Shown: piece after piece, positions 38,621-52,383 of the stretch
How the letters are laid out: every line of letters begins with the position of its first letter
Numbering within the stretch: the stretch's first letter is position 1
DNA from: Octopus sinensis
Lineage: Eukaryota
NCBI RefSeq assembly: GCF_006345805.1
Contig: NC_042997.1
Coordinates: 135,408,001-135,472,000 of the forward strand
Reading direction: 5' to 3'
DNA length: 64,000 bases
Made by a program: the position numbers and the translations under genes
The notes under the pieces: model-generated
Seen by the model: only the letters and a program-made list of their open reading frames with translations
What the model was told of the DNA's origin: nothing
Database searches by the model: none

Positions 38621-38930
38621 GTGGAGGCACATGGCCAAGTGGTTAGAGCAGTGGACTCGCGGTCGAGGGATCACGGGTTCGGATCTCAGATCGGGAGATG
38701 TGCGCGTGTTTATGAGCGAAACACCTAAGCTCCACGTGGCTCCGGCAGAAGGTAATGGCAAACCTCTGCTGACTCTTTCGCCACAACTTTCTCTCACTCT
38801 TTCCTCCTGTATCTTGCAGCCCACCTGCGACGGACCGGCGTCCCATCCATGTGGGGAACATATACGCCAAGGAAACCGGGAAACCGGCCCTTATGAGCCA
38901 GGCATGGCTCGAGAAGGAACAAACATCATA
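38621..38930 (+). mobile_element. SINE family C copy with target-site duplication
   Basis: Homologous to 17224-17520. TCATCAGATCAACT (38607-38620) and TCATCAGATCAGCT (38931-38944) match at 13/14. Confidence 0.9.
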
Positions 38931-40023
38931 TCATCAGATCAGCTAGGGCCCTTACACTCGTCCACTAACTCAACATCTTGTACTGGGCGGTGTAGTTATC
39001 TTTCTGCTCTTTTATATATTTGTATTTCTGTCAAAATGTCTGATATGTTGGACACAATTTTTTGAGTAAGTAAAATATATACAGACATCAAAAGGTTTTA
39101 TGAACAGAATAAGCTATTACTTAAAGTTTCATGTGATGTACTTCGAGATATAACATTCCAAAAACTGAACCGGAATTATTTCAGGTACTCTGAAAAGTTT
39201 ATAAAATTCCTACGATGTCAAAAAGCAAAGGATTCCCGCCGGTAAGAATGAAGTTTCTAAACTGGACGGAAAATTCGATGGATTACTCAGACCTACTGGT
39301 GGAACGACTGCCATGTCTACAGGAGATAGGGATTCAAGCTCTAAGAGAAGTCTTTGGGTTTCTCCCTCTAATGTTTACATGCTATTATGTATAGCTTTAT
39401 GTGATGTACCTCGAGATCTAATATTCCAAAAATTATTTCACTTACTCTCGAATGTTTATAAAATCCTTGTGATTTGAATGGTGTAAACACACACACACAT
39501 ACAAACACACACATATCAAATGGATGCCTTGTCAAACTATTTCACACATACAATAATAGCTATAACAACAAACCAACGCACCTCCTTCATCAGCTGCCCT
39601 ACGGATATCACTATGATTTCGACACCTGGGCCGCATCATTGAATCCGGCGGTGTCAACAACACTAAAATAAGTGCTGTTTGTGACCAAACAAACTTAGAT
39701 ATCACCACATTCATTCATTCAATCTTATTTCTATGAAGGATTAAAAACTAACATTATTAATTAAACTACAACAAAGAAACCACATTGGAGTGGGCATCAT
39801 GGTTTATTACTACAAATTGCACTGCTATAAACATGCTATAAATTGTATTATTACACAATATAACGTGTTGCTACAATCCTACGCAGCTTCCCGTAAGGTG
39901 TTCCCCATACAGATGGATGAAGCGAATACTTTTCTATGTATGTATACATATTTACAAACATACATAAGTATATATACGTTTATATATTTGTTTTGCAAGA
40001 TGTGAAATCGTGTGTTGAAAGAG

Positions 40024-40172
40024 ATATTGTTGTATTTATGAATGGTCATTTTGCCAGTTTAGCCAATAATGTAAAAAATAAATAACGCTGAAGCAAAGTA
40101 ACACCAAATATATAGTGCGTGTGCTTTTATTGGCTAAACCGGCAAAATGACCATTCCTAAATACAACAATAT
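40024..40172. mobile_element. Short MITE/foldback with 46 bp inverted termini
   Basis: 40024-40069 matches the reverse complement of 40127-40172 at 44/46. Abuts a (TA)n tract. Confidence 0.8.
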
Positions 40173-40198
40173 ATATATATATAATATATATATATATG

Positions 40199-40282
<84 letters not shown>

Positions 40283-42849
40283 GTACGTACATATGTATGT
40301 GTGTGTGTGTGTACACATACACATATAAGCAGTCACTTATTTTAAATACTTTCAGGCAGAGCCTTTTCTACAATAATTGCCGCGGCTGATAACATTAAGA
40401 AGGTAATATAACAGTATCCGGATATTTACCAAAATTTGAATTCTAAGTTTGTTATTTATTTTCCTGCTTTAATGTATTATTTTATGGCCTTATTTTGTAT
40501 TTTCTTATTTATTACATTTACTAGTTATTTAGTATTGTTAATCTCATTCTTCCACTACGTATGTTTTCATTTATTTTATTTACGATTCATTTCCAATTCG
40601 TCTTAATATAATGTAATCATTTCAAACTTTCTAAATTTACATCTAGGTTGTAATGAAGTAGAATGAATTCGTTGATATAATAATATTGTATATTATCTAA
40701 TCAGTAACTTTCCCTATGGCATTATACAATTTTCGCCTTGATGAATTTTCATTAATTTTGTCTTATTCTTATCTTTAATAATGACATTGTACTGATATAA
40801 CAATTATTATTGGTTGTATATAGTAAATACAGGAATAATGTAGAGTAGCTGAGGCAGTAAATAGAATGGTTTACTGAGGTATTACAGTATTTAGTTTAAT
40901 ACCTGTTTGTTTTGAGATTTTGTTCATCGCTATTGTCTTTCACTTAAAGCCTACGGGTTTAACGATCGTTTCGTGAGACTTGATACAGTAATAACAATCC
41001 CAAATAGACAAAAATGAAAGTTTATCACTCATAAAGTGCAAATTATGAACTAGAGTGAACAATAACAAATACAAAAACAGATAAGCATTCTGGAAAACTT
41101 TTATGGAACTAAAATATACTTCATTATTCATATCTTAATAAAAGCTCCAAAATATGATACTTCAAGTTCTCATATCAACTCTGATATGTCAGGACTGGTG
41201 GAACCTCCATGGAAAAAATTAAACTAACACTAATAATGTATGACAATGCTCTGGAGATTCGTGTTTTCAAAATAAAAAGAAATAGTATGAAGAAAATTAA
41301 TATTATAAAACCTCCAACAAAGCACAAAGCTACATACACTGGCTACATGTTAATACATTCTTAAACATTATCTAAGATCAGCACAAGTAAAGATACAATA
41401 GCCCGCTTAATGTACATTGTTACTGCCCTTTCAAGCTAAATACGGTAACTGGTCTGCAAGCGCCAATTTCCTTTTCCCAAACATAGATATAGAGCAGAAT
41501 CTACTCTATACTACTTTCTCACCTATCGTTTCTCTAATTCTCTTCTTTTCTCTAGTTCCCTTTTTTCTTCTCTTCACGGTTTTTTATCTGTCTTTCTCTT
41601 CCCTCTTTCTCCGTTTCTCTGTCTCGTTGCTCACACGAGCCCATCGTCCATCTTTCTTTTCCTCACACATACATACATACGCACATACATACATACGCAC
41701 ATACATACATACGCACATACATACATACGCACATACATACATACGCACATGCGCACACAACACATATAGATAGAGAGAGATGTATATATGTATGCATGTA
41801 TGTATAAAGAGTGAGATTTGGTCTGTAGAGTAAATTCATATGCATTAATTATTGTGAACGTGTTGAGAGGAAGCTGACCTTCTTGGACATACATGTGTGT
41901 GTGTGTGTGTTTTACAAAGGAGAAAGGTTTTTTTCCTACTTAAACTGAAGTGTGAACGATTTTCTTGAACAGAATTACGATAGTTGATTAAGAACTGCAT
42001 AGTTTGAAGTTATCGATTTGTGTCCTTACCTTTACACCAGTCGCTGGACCAAAACTTTATTTATTTCTTCTCTCAATACCGTAAATCAATTGTCTCATTG
42101 ATTTCGAACTTGCGGTCGATTTCACGCACGTTGAAATCGTCAGAGAAAATAAGTTATTATATCCTAATACTATCCGAGCTTTTTTATTTACCGAAATATT
42201 CCTCGAAAGTATAGAAATAATCTGTTTCCACTGTTGTTATATTTGTGGTTATTGTAAGCCTAAGATTTCATATAACTTGTTTTATCTGCTTTTCCTTCAT
42301 CTTGAATATTATAGGAATCTAGAGAAGAAATAACAAAACCACTTTGCTATCGATGTTGAGACCTTCTTGTAATTGTATTTGATATTTTATTTTCTTAGAA
42401 ATGTTTGAAGTGGCAGTTTCAGAAATAATACTTTCTATTTCAATGGCGATAACCTTTCTTTTTATATATTTTTATCTTCTATTATTTGTCGTTGCTTTTC
42501 TTTTCCTCAATCGTTTTTCCTCGGGTTTTGTCTTCGTTTACCAGAGGATTCTTTGTTATTGTTATTTATTTTTCAATAAATTAAGAGATATTTTATAATA
42601 TTTGGTACATATTTCTACGACAAAATGACAAAAACAAAGCAAAATATAACATTAAAAAGGATAAATGAAAGGACAACTGTAACAGCTGTTATAATTTCTT
42701 GTAAACAACGGTTAGTAGTACATAGGTATAAATTTCCAAGGTTACAGCTGAAATATTTCTCACATACTTAAAAATTTACCATCACTGGTAAAACAAAGAA
42801 TATGATTCTTTCTACTATAAGTTACACGACCTTAAAATTTGATTCTTTT

Positions 42850-43262
42850 TGGAGGTTGAAGAGCTAGTCAATTATATCAACTCCAGAGTTCAACTGGAGT
42901 TTATTGTAGCCACCAAGTAAGAATAAAAAGCATGGTTAACCTCAATGGAACTTGAAACAAGAATGTAAAAAAAAAACGGTCAGAGAAATGCCTCAAAGTA
43001 GTAGCATCCGATACGCTGACCATTCTGCCACCACGTCATCTTACATTGATTGCTTTACATTTTAGTGCAATGACTGAAATTTTGAGAGAGGGGTTTAAGT
43101 TGATGATATTGACCCCAGTCCTCAACAGGTAGTTATTTTATTGACCCTGAAAAGATGACGGACAATGTTGAACTCGGCAATATTTGCACATAGAAAGTAA
43201 AAAACCAAAAGAAATACTACTATGTTATTTGTCCGACGCGCTAACGATTCTGCGAGCTCACA
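42850..43262 (-). mobile_element. Two degenerate SINE family B copies in tandem
   Basis: GGCAGAATGGTCAGCG and GCAGAATCGTTAGCGCGTCGGAC heads on the minus strand, related to 1292-1508. Confidence 0.55.
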
Positions 43263-43758
43263 ATTTTAATAATGATAATAATACGAATATGAAAAATAAT
43301 CACGTTCTGCATATTTATTATTGTTGCTAGCTTTATTATCATGCATTATGTGTACTGTAGCATTGTCATCTATAGGACGCCAATGAGTTTATGACTGACT
43401 TCATATATTTCGACGCCAGAGAGTTCATAGAAATGGATTTTTCAATTTTCTGAACGACTACATAATCGCTGGTATACATTCACAAACAAATGTGTGTGTG
43501 TATGTGTGTGTGTGCGTTTGTGTGTGAGACGTGTCGTGCGTGTCGTGCGTGGTGTGTGCGCGTGCGTGTGTGTGCATGCGGTAAAATTTAAGAGCTGATA
43601 AAAGTGTTCGATATATAATAAGCAAGGCACCAATTTTGCAACGCTGTAACAGCTAGGAAAAAGGATTAAAATCCAGCTGACTAGAAATGGTAATTACGGA
43701 GCCTGAAGAATAGCCTGGTTTATACACAAACACACACAGTCATACACACACACACACG

Positions 43759-43804
<46 letters not shown>

Positions 43805-44149
43805 AATACTTATACATACATGTATATACATGTATAAATATATACGCACACTAACATTAAACTATCTTTCTATAGTCAATATAAGGTGAGGACTTAGCGT
43901 AGTAGTTTCTTCAGTTCCATCTTGATTTTAATCTCACCATAAACACTTTTTCTTGCTCTAAATTCAAAAGGACCTGATTATCGACTTCCTCTCCATTCTA
44001 GTGAAATAACTGTCCCCGAATAACATCACCCGTTCTAAACATCCGCTCTTTTAAAACAAGTTTAGTGGTTTGTTATTGTTTGTATAGCTTCAACCACGAA
44101 TGAACTAAAATTATAATATTAAAATATTAGATTTTTTCCAAACAATACT

Positions 44150-44920
44150 CATGTCGCTGGCTGTTGTCCAAATCATGAACATTAGAATTTTTGAAATGTA
44201 TTCTGACTTTTAAAGTTCTTTAATTTTTCGTAAGGTCAGTTATACTCCCTCCAGTTATTTCTTCACTAGCTGGTGAAATATTTTTGGAGGATGTGATCAA
44301 GCAATTCCCAGTGGCTGTAGTAGCAATGTTGTATTCAGTGGCCAATGTACAGATGGATCCAATATTTTAACTCAAACCACCAGCCAATTGTAGGTGAAGC
44401 ATCTGGAGCATGGTTTACAATTTCATGAAGAATGTGATTAAAATGTTTTAAAATCTGAATTCAAAGCCTCGCTAAAGTTTTCGGCCTCTTCAATTAATCA
44501 CCAATAAGGATTTTATAAGCTAATAAATATTTGGAATTTTTTATGAACCGATAGGAAATACTTGCTGAACTTTTAGGAGCGAGTAGATTCCTGGTCGAAT
44601 GCAGTGACCTATGTGGCTTCACCCCTTACAGTCGTATTCGCACTTCTGCCCTGTAACCCTGAGGTTGCTTTGAACCTCATGAATCATTCAGAATTTCCAC
44701 AAAGTATATCGGCACTTTATATCCCAGTCCTGTTTTCGGCTTTCTTTTCATTTCTGCAACCAAAGTTACAGTATTCATTTCGATAGTAATTAGATGTAAT
44801 AGAATTCAATATCGATTGCAATATTCGATCGAAATTGACAACATTCAATTTCAATCATTGCAGTATTTATACTTGCCATTATTTGGAAATTCGATTGTAC
44901 AGCAGGTCTTACTTATTGCA
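44150..44920 (-). mobile_element. Old pogo/Tigger-like DDE_1 transposase remnant
   Basis: PLNTTLLLQPL (cf. LPPNTTSLLQPLD) and RFKATSG...VRGE fragments among many stops. Confidence 0.4.
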
Positions 44921-44924
44921 TATA

Positions 44925-46547
44925 CAGATGCCGCCAAAATGTTCAGAACGGCATTGTTTTCGTCAGAAAAGTAGGTACAATTTTTTATCAAAGTTGTTTT
45001 ATATTCTATAATTTTCACAGAGAATAAATACGATATCATTTGTTATTGTCTGAGATTCTGGTGTAATTTGAGAGGATAAGTTATGGATGATTTAGTGATT
45101 TACTGCAAAAGCCGTACCGGCCAAAATGATCAGAACGGTTGAAAAAATAACAAAATAATCAAAAATGACAGAGAATACTGGAATTATTTAATATTTAGCG
45201 TGAAGCCCTTTAGCTTCAATCACACTTTGACATCTTCGACTGCATGAGGAAACTAAATTTTCAATTTCTTTCTGGGTAATCTTATTCAATTTTCTTCCTG
45301 ATAGGCATTCCATAATTACTCGGTTGTTTTAGGATTTCTGGCTTTCGAACGTTCTCCTAGAATATTCCACACATTTTCAATAGGATTGAGATCTGGGCTT
45401 TGAGCAGGCCAATCCATAACAATAACCTTTTCAGCCTTGAGGAAGTTCATGACCACCTTAGCCTTGTGACATGGGGCATTGTTCTGCATGAATATGGATG
45501 GTCGCTTAGTTGAATTTCTCAGCACAGGCAAGACATGATCTTTTACAAGTTGTTTATAAACTCCTGAATTTTACTTTCCATGTAATCGCACCAAAGGGCC
45601 CACACCATCTCCAGATATCATCCCCCAAACCATGACACGTCCTCCACCGAATTTAACACTAGTCTTAAGGCATTTAGTCGACAATTTTTCACCTACTTTT
45701 CTACGAACGTACCTTTTCCCATCTGAGCCAAATAACATAGACTTAGATTCATCACTGAAATGCACCGTTTGCCATTTTTCTTGAGACCACAACACATGTT
45801 CGGTTGCAAAGGTAAGACAACACTTTTTATTCTTGAAGCTGATCAGTGGCTTCACTGCAGGTGCTCTTGCTTGTAGGTCATGTTCAACTAAACGACGAGA
45901 CACAGTTTTTCGAGATGAAGTTTCCTTCAGTACAATGCTCATTTCCCGAGGAACAGCAGCAGCAGTTTTAAATCTGTCCTTTTTAACCAACTTTACTATA
46001 GCACGATCTTCTCTCTTGGTCATTTATCTTGGTCTACCTGTAGACTTTCTTGCTTCACACGAACCACAATCATCGTAGACCTTAAGAATACCATGAACAA
46101 CACTTTTTGACTTGTTAACAATCTTTGCAATAGACCCAATACTTAAATTATCCTTCTTTCGAAGCTTAATAATCTGCTGACGAATTGTTAACGGAGTAAG
46201 TGGCATTATATAAACAAAGTACACTGCAGATATTCTTACTAATGTTTAGTAAACGAGCCGTCAAGTAAACAAATTCAAAACATTAGAGTTCGCCGGTTCA
46301 ATATACTAAAACACGGAGTAAACGCAACCGTTCTGATCATTTCGGCCGTAATGGGTTTTGCAGTAAAGCACTAAATCATCCCTGACTTTTGTATTATCCT
46401 CTCAAATTACACCAAAATCCTAGGCAATAACAAATAATATCGTATTTATTGTCTGTAAAAATATAGTATATAAAACAAATTTGATAAAAAATTATACCTA
46501 CTTTTCTGACGAAAACAATGCCGTTCTGAACATTTTGGCCGCAACTG
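44925..46547 (-). mobile_element. Complete Tc1 element (DD34E) with long IR/DR-type TIRs
   Basis: TA at 44923-44924 and 46548-46549. TIRs of about 217 and 223 bp each carry two direct repeats, CGGCC.AAATG.TCAGAACGG. Confidence 0.95.
45188..46206 (-). pseudogene. Tc1 transposase, inactivated
   Basis: GRPR, FSDESK, GGGRVMVWG, MQNNAPCH (second D changed to N) and WPAQSPDLNPIENVW, with 34-residue spacing. In-frame stops are present. Confidence 0.93.
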
Positions 46548-47289
46548 TACGTCTTTCTGATCTGATTTTTTCTGAGGTTCTTCAGTAGCATAGTCTCAGA
46601 CTCTTTTACCTCTGCCAGTGTGATTTTTTTTAACAGTAAGACTTTCATTAACAGTAAGACTTTTTTTCGTATGCTACAATATTCCACTTTTTCTAAACAT
46701 TCTCGTAATATAATGCTGCGGTACTCAGTATTTATGACCAATAATTACAAAATGAAGAGTTGGAAACCACCCTACCCAATTAAAACAGTTTCGAAAAAAA
46801 CTACTCAAGAATTTATACAGTTATTAATAATGAATACAAAACCCACAAACAAGGAATGCATTATGCAATATTTCTGTCTATTTTGTATACAATGTGTCAA
46901 TAAATTTATGATGGAATTTCGAAATTATGTATCGTTCTAACTTTCAACACTACACATTTCGTATACATGTTGAATAAGAGTCCATCTGATAAAGTTTACG
47001 TACAGTTTAGCGCAGTTCCATGTGGCTACTATTTGTTGCCCAACAGATATCTTATTGATGCTCTGGTCAGATAAGTGAAGGAAAAGGGAATTGTGTGCGT
47101 AGAACTGCCCGTGACGGTCACGCGAACGACTCCACGCCAAGCTGATTCATCAGTCAACACGTGAACGTTGCAAAGGAAACTTCAATGTGTATTTTGGCTT
47201 GCGAAATTCGAATCTGTGATGTGTTCGTCGTGAATACCGTTGTGTTTAATGTAGTCACCACATGAAAACAATATTCAACGTTGAGCTCG

Positions 47290-47460
47290 CCAGCTTAAGG
47301 TAACAGGTAGATTGTTGGATGCAAAACGTTCCGGCAGGTCATCGGTTAATGATGAGTCAGTTAAGGATATCAGGGAGCCCAAAGAAAGCGGTACGTATCA
47401 ACGCTAAACATCTAGACATTAAGAATAACACAGTTCAAAAAGCTCACAAGAAATATAGGT
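47290..47460 (+). mobile_element. Tc1/mariner-type N-terminal fragment
   Basis: KVTGRLLDAKRSGRSSVNDESVKDIR resembles TGSV.D..RSGRP. Short match. Confidence 0.35.
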
Positions 47461-47583
47461 AAACTTAATTAACTGGAATCTTATTCAACATGCATATGAA
47501 ATGTGTAGTGTTGCAAGTTACATCAATGGTTTTGAAATGCCACCATGACTTTAAGCATATAATCTCTCTCTCATCTCTCTCAT

Positions 47584-47638
<55 letters not shown>

Positions 47639-47699
47639 AATAGTAAAAAGTGAAAAAACTACAGAAGGCTTAAGTGTTAAAAAATATATATTTGCGTCA

Positions 47700-49883
47700 A
47701 TATGTCTGAAGAATATTAAAAAAAATTTTTTCTCTTATAATGACATAAATTAGAAGAAAGACCGGTTTCGCGTTTAGCTTTTCAAATTTCTTGCGACGTT
47801 ATGTTTATGTTGAACAGGGTTATCGTTATGTTTATGTTCAAAAGAGTTCTAAATAAGGGGAGGTAATGAGTGATTTCTTCCGGTGTAAGGGAGATAATCG
47901 CTTAAACATTTTTTCCTTTCCCTTGGTGTGAATTTCTCTGTATCAGTATGTTGGGATGGTTAAGTCTGGGCTTGTACTTTTCAATGAAGAATGTTTCCTT
48001 CTTTAGTCTAATTTGTGTTGATGATCCGATAGCACATTGGTAAAATGGAAAGATTAAAAATTGTGGTAGTAGTTGCTTTGCGCATTTCTCAATGTGCTCA
48101 CTAAAAGGTATCATTCTGTATTCTGGGAATGCAATCTGTTGTCGATGCAGTGTGCATCTACGTCTGAGTGATAGTCCCGTGGATCCCACGTAGTCTTGGT
48201 GGCAGCCCGAGCATTTTATGACATAAATTATGTTTTCAGAGGCACAAGTAAAGTTAGATTTGATCTTGAATTTCTGTCCCTCTTTAAAGAGGAATTCTGA
48301 TCCTTCTAGCAGGTTTGGACATGTTGCACAGTTCGATTTACCACATTTTTTTACTTTTGCATCCGTAATATCAGAAGACAATTTTGCCTTTGTGAGAATC
48401 TTTTTAAGTGATTTAGGTTGTTTGTAGCTTTTAATGATTTGGTGTATGTTTAGGATTTCCTTTAATTTGGGGTCCTTATGAAGTATTGGTAAATTCTGGG
48501 TGATGATGGTGAAGGCTTCTTTGTTTCTGGGGTTGTATGTAGATATGTAAGGTAGTATTTTCGGGGAAGGTGTGTTGTTGTGTTGAACTTTTCTTAAAGT
48601 TTCTATGTTGATTTCTGTTGCACGTCTGATCCCATCCTCTATGAGTTGAGCTGGGTAATGTCTGTCAATTAGGGTGTTTTTGAGTTCTTGCAGTCTAAAG
48701 TTCCTGGTATTTTGTTCTGACACTATTGTGCATATCCTTCTTGCAAGGTTGAAGGGGATGTTTGTTTTAGTGTGTCTTGGGTGGCATGAATTAAAAAGAA
48801 GGTATTGTTTGGCGTCTGTGGCTTTGTAAAAAAGTGTCTGTTTCTATTTTAAGGTTAATTTTTTTAATTAGTACATCCAAGAACGGGAGCTCCTTTTGGT
48901 TGTATTCCATTGTGAACTGTATATTTGGGTTTATGCTGTTCAATAGGTTTTTAAATTTTAGGAGTTTATCTGTGTTTTCATTCCAGAGTATAAAACAATC
49001 GTCTAAGAATCGTTTCCAATTCTCTTTTATGTATTGAGAAACGGGGTTTCCAAAGATTGATAAAGATTCCTGGTAAATGATTATTTCCATGTAGCCCATT
49101 GTTAGGTTCGCAATGACTGGTGCTGCCCTTGTACCCATAGCAATTCCGGATTTTTGACGGTAAAATGTATTGTCAAACATGAAGTGGTTGTTGTGTAGGA
49201 TGAGTTCAATTGATTTAGTAATTAATTCTTTACTGATCCTTTTTGGTATTTCTTCCGGAAATTGGTCCAGCCAGAACTGTATTGCCTCTAGTCCATAATT
49301 ATGAGGTATACTGGTATATAAGTTAACTACATCAAATGAAACCAGGATTGTTTCTTCCTTGGCTTTTTTTGGAAGATGGTTTAACATATCTAAGTCATCT
49401 CTGATATGGCTATCGATATGTTTAAGGAAGGGTTTCAGGAGGATGTCCATAAATAGACTTAGTCTGTGTGTTTCACAGGTTGGGCCAGCTACAATGGGTC
49501 GTAGTTTTAGGTCCCCCGGGTTAGGTGTGTGTATGTATGTCTTTGGTGATTTTTTAATGGTTTCATTTATAATTTGACTTTTATGAATTTTTGGCAGACC
49601 ATAGAAAAGGCTAGGTTTGCATTTAAAGTTTGTTAGAAAGTCGATCTCTTCGGTTGTTAGTTCCTTTTCATGGGTTTTAATTAGTGAAGATAGAGTTTTC
49701 ATTATTTTTTGTGGGGTGTAGTTGGTAATTTTTTCATAATGTAGGTCGTCATCAAGCAAGTAAATTACAAGATTTCTGTAGTATGATGTATCCATTATTA
49801 CAACTGCATTTCCCTTGTCTGCTTCCTTAATGGTTATATCCTCATAATTTTGAAGTTCTATCAGTTCTTTCCATAGTGTGGTG

Positions 49884-49890
<7 letters not shown>
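47700..49890 (-). mobile_element. 5'-truncated Penelope-like element (Neptune-type)
   Basis: RT plus GIY-YIG with a Cys linker (CGKSNCATC), and a 3' hammerhead-like motif. (TA)n tracts flank both sides. Confidence 0.93.
47902..49889 (-). pseudogene. Penelope RT-GIY-YIG ORF with a single +1 frameshift
   Basis: EADKGNAVVIMD, RPIVAG, SFDVVNLYTSIP, GIAMGTRAAP, RFLDDCF, LPFLDV, then IIYVIKC..C..DYVGSTG...RRR. Removing one A from the A6 run at 48828-48833 joins the two ORFs as TDTFYKATDAKQYLLFNSCHPRH. Confidence 0.9.
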
Positions 49891-49921
<31 letters not shown>

Positions 49922-50450
49922 TTGTAAATATTAGAAATCAAATAGTATTATTTTCTACTGATAACCACCGTAATGGTTGAATTATGAATAGAAAATAATG
50001 GCCCGACAAGACACCAATGTTTGCTATGTAAGGCTTCACAGAATGCATAGAGGCAAAGCTGTATGCGGGCGGCGAACATATAAAAATTGTCTTGCTTCTA
50101 GCAAAAACGCCAGAGAAATGGATGACCTAGTACTTTCCAGAATATGTTAATTATCTCAAATCTAGTTAGTCTTTGTCAGCCTGTTCACCTAAGACAAAAT
50201 TTAAAATATTCGCTACATCGATGCCTATACTCTCGGCTGATAGCCCAAGCCATAAATAGAGCTGAGATCAGTGAATAGTTTTATATTAAAAAAAATTATT
50301 GCAATATTACAATACAATACTATTATTTTCCAGCAATAAGCACTGTAAAGGTTGAATTATGAATAGGAAAATAGTGTGCAACAAGGCACCGCTGTTATCG
50401 ACTGCTATTTCCAGCAAGCAAACATTCGTGCCATGCTGCGCCATTATTTC

Positions 50451-50483
<33 letters not shown>

Positions 50484-50586
50484 ACACATCATTTGATAAA
50501 CACAAATATATGTATTGTATTTATTAATATTTATCTCTCATCAGATGGTGTACATTTTTATTGATCTTCCCATCACGGAATAGTAC

Positions 50587-50646
<60 letters not shown>

Positions 50647-51625
50647 TGTGCTTATGAATGTATGTATATGTATGTATTAAGTAATCAAATGCAGTAGAGA
50701 ATAACTGAAAAGATGTGAAGGAAGCGATGCATTAGAGCGATGCATTCGGTAGCAATGGAAAGAATAAAATTATAAAGCATTATCTTTAATATCTTTATAT
50801 ATACTGTATTCGGTAGTGCGTCTCAATTTTATAAGTAGAACTGAAGTTTGATTTGAAACTACCAACCGTTTAGACTCGGGGTCCACTATAATCGAATTCA
50901 TGTGGTTGAAAAGCAAGTTTAACAATGCCTCAGTTTTGTAGAGTTGATTTTACGTAGCATAAAGATTGTAGAATCTCTTTATAATTTAGATACTCTGTAA
51001 ATGAGTCTGTCAACGGAACAGCCTGCTCCTGAAATTAACATGTGAGTGGCTGAGCATTCCACAGCGACGTGTAGCATTAACGTATTGAGGAGATTTAACG
51101 TGACCCAGTGTGTAACAAGGCTGGCCCTTTGAAACGCAGGTACAACAGAAACAGGAAGAAAAAGTGAGAAAAAGTTGGGGTGAGAAAAACTTGGCACGAT
51201 TCACCACCATCCCCTGTTGGAGCCGCGTGATGCTTTAGGTGTTTCGGTGTTTCCGCTCGATAAACAATCATGGTCTGGGAATAGAAACGCCTGGTCTGGG
51301 AATCGAAGCTGCGATCTCACAACCGCAACTCCGCTGCCCTCACCGTATATAAATATATATATATAAACTTTGAAAGCTGGGATCCATAGAAGCAGCGCTA
51401 TTGTTGCTATGATGTTGCACATAACACATCTCTTTCTCAAACATTGCACTGCAACTTAATGAAATTTGTAAATTGTATAGAAGACAGGTGTCTCATTAAA
51501 TTTGTAGCATACTACCCTTTGTGCTTAAACTAGATCATTTGTTAAAATTTGGGGCTTCTAATTAGCGATGAGTGAGCGGCAAAATGTTAACATTTCATTG
51601 GTGTGCATCTTCTGAATATATATAT

Positions 51626-51656
<31 letters not shown>

Positions 51657-51675
51657 TATAGATATGCATATGTAC

Positions 51676-51728
<53 letters not shown>

Positions 51729-51808
51729 TGTATATATGCGTGTATATGTACATGTAGAGGTAGGTACGTACATATATGTTTATATATATGCATATGTTCT
51801 ATTTTATT

Positions 51809-51872
<64 letters not shown>

Positions 51873-51874
<2 letters not shown>

Positions 51875-52207
51875 CGCGTGGCTCAGTGGTTAGAGCGTCG
51901 AGCTTACGATCTTGAGGTTGTGAGCTCGAATTCCGGACCGGGTTGCGTGTTGTGTTCTTGAGCAAGACACTTTATTTCACGTTGCTCCAGTTCACTCAGC
52001 TGTAGAAACGAGTTGCGACGTCACAGGTGCCAAGCTGTATCGGCCCTTGCCTTTCCCTTGGACAACATCGGTGACGTGGAGAGAGGAGGCCGGTATGCAT
52101 GGGCGACTGCTGGTCTACCATAAAAAAAACAACCTTGCCCAGACTTGTGCCTCAGAGGGTAACTCTCTAGGTGCAAACCTATGGTCATTGTCTGACCGAA
52201 GGGGGTC
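51873..52207 (+). mobile_element. tRNA-derived SINE, head/core D with a different tail
   Basis: GGCGCGTGGCTCAGTGGTTAGAGC...GCTCGAATTCC head and TTCTTGAGCAAGACACTTTATTTCACGTTGCTCCA core as at 17529-17747. The 3' part is unrelated to that copy. Confidence 0.85.
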
Positions 52208-52283
52208 ATTCATTCATATATATATAGATATGCATATGTACATATGTATATATATTTATATAGATATAGATATGCATATGTAC

Positions 52284-52344
<61 letters not shown>

Positions 52345-52351
52345 TATGTAC

Positions 52352-52383
<32 letters not shown>

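Noticed and set aside
39575-39670. Minus-strand VVDTAGFND (GTPase G3-like) micro-exon, and a permuted hammerhead-like GAAA...CTGATGA
   Set aside because: Only 12 residues with a weak donor site and no G1 or G4 exons found. Stems I and II of the putative ribozyme do not pair.
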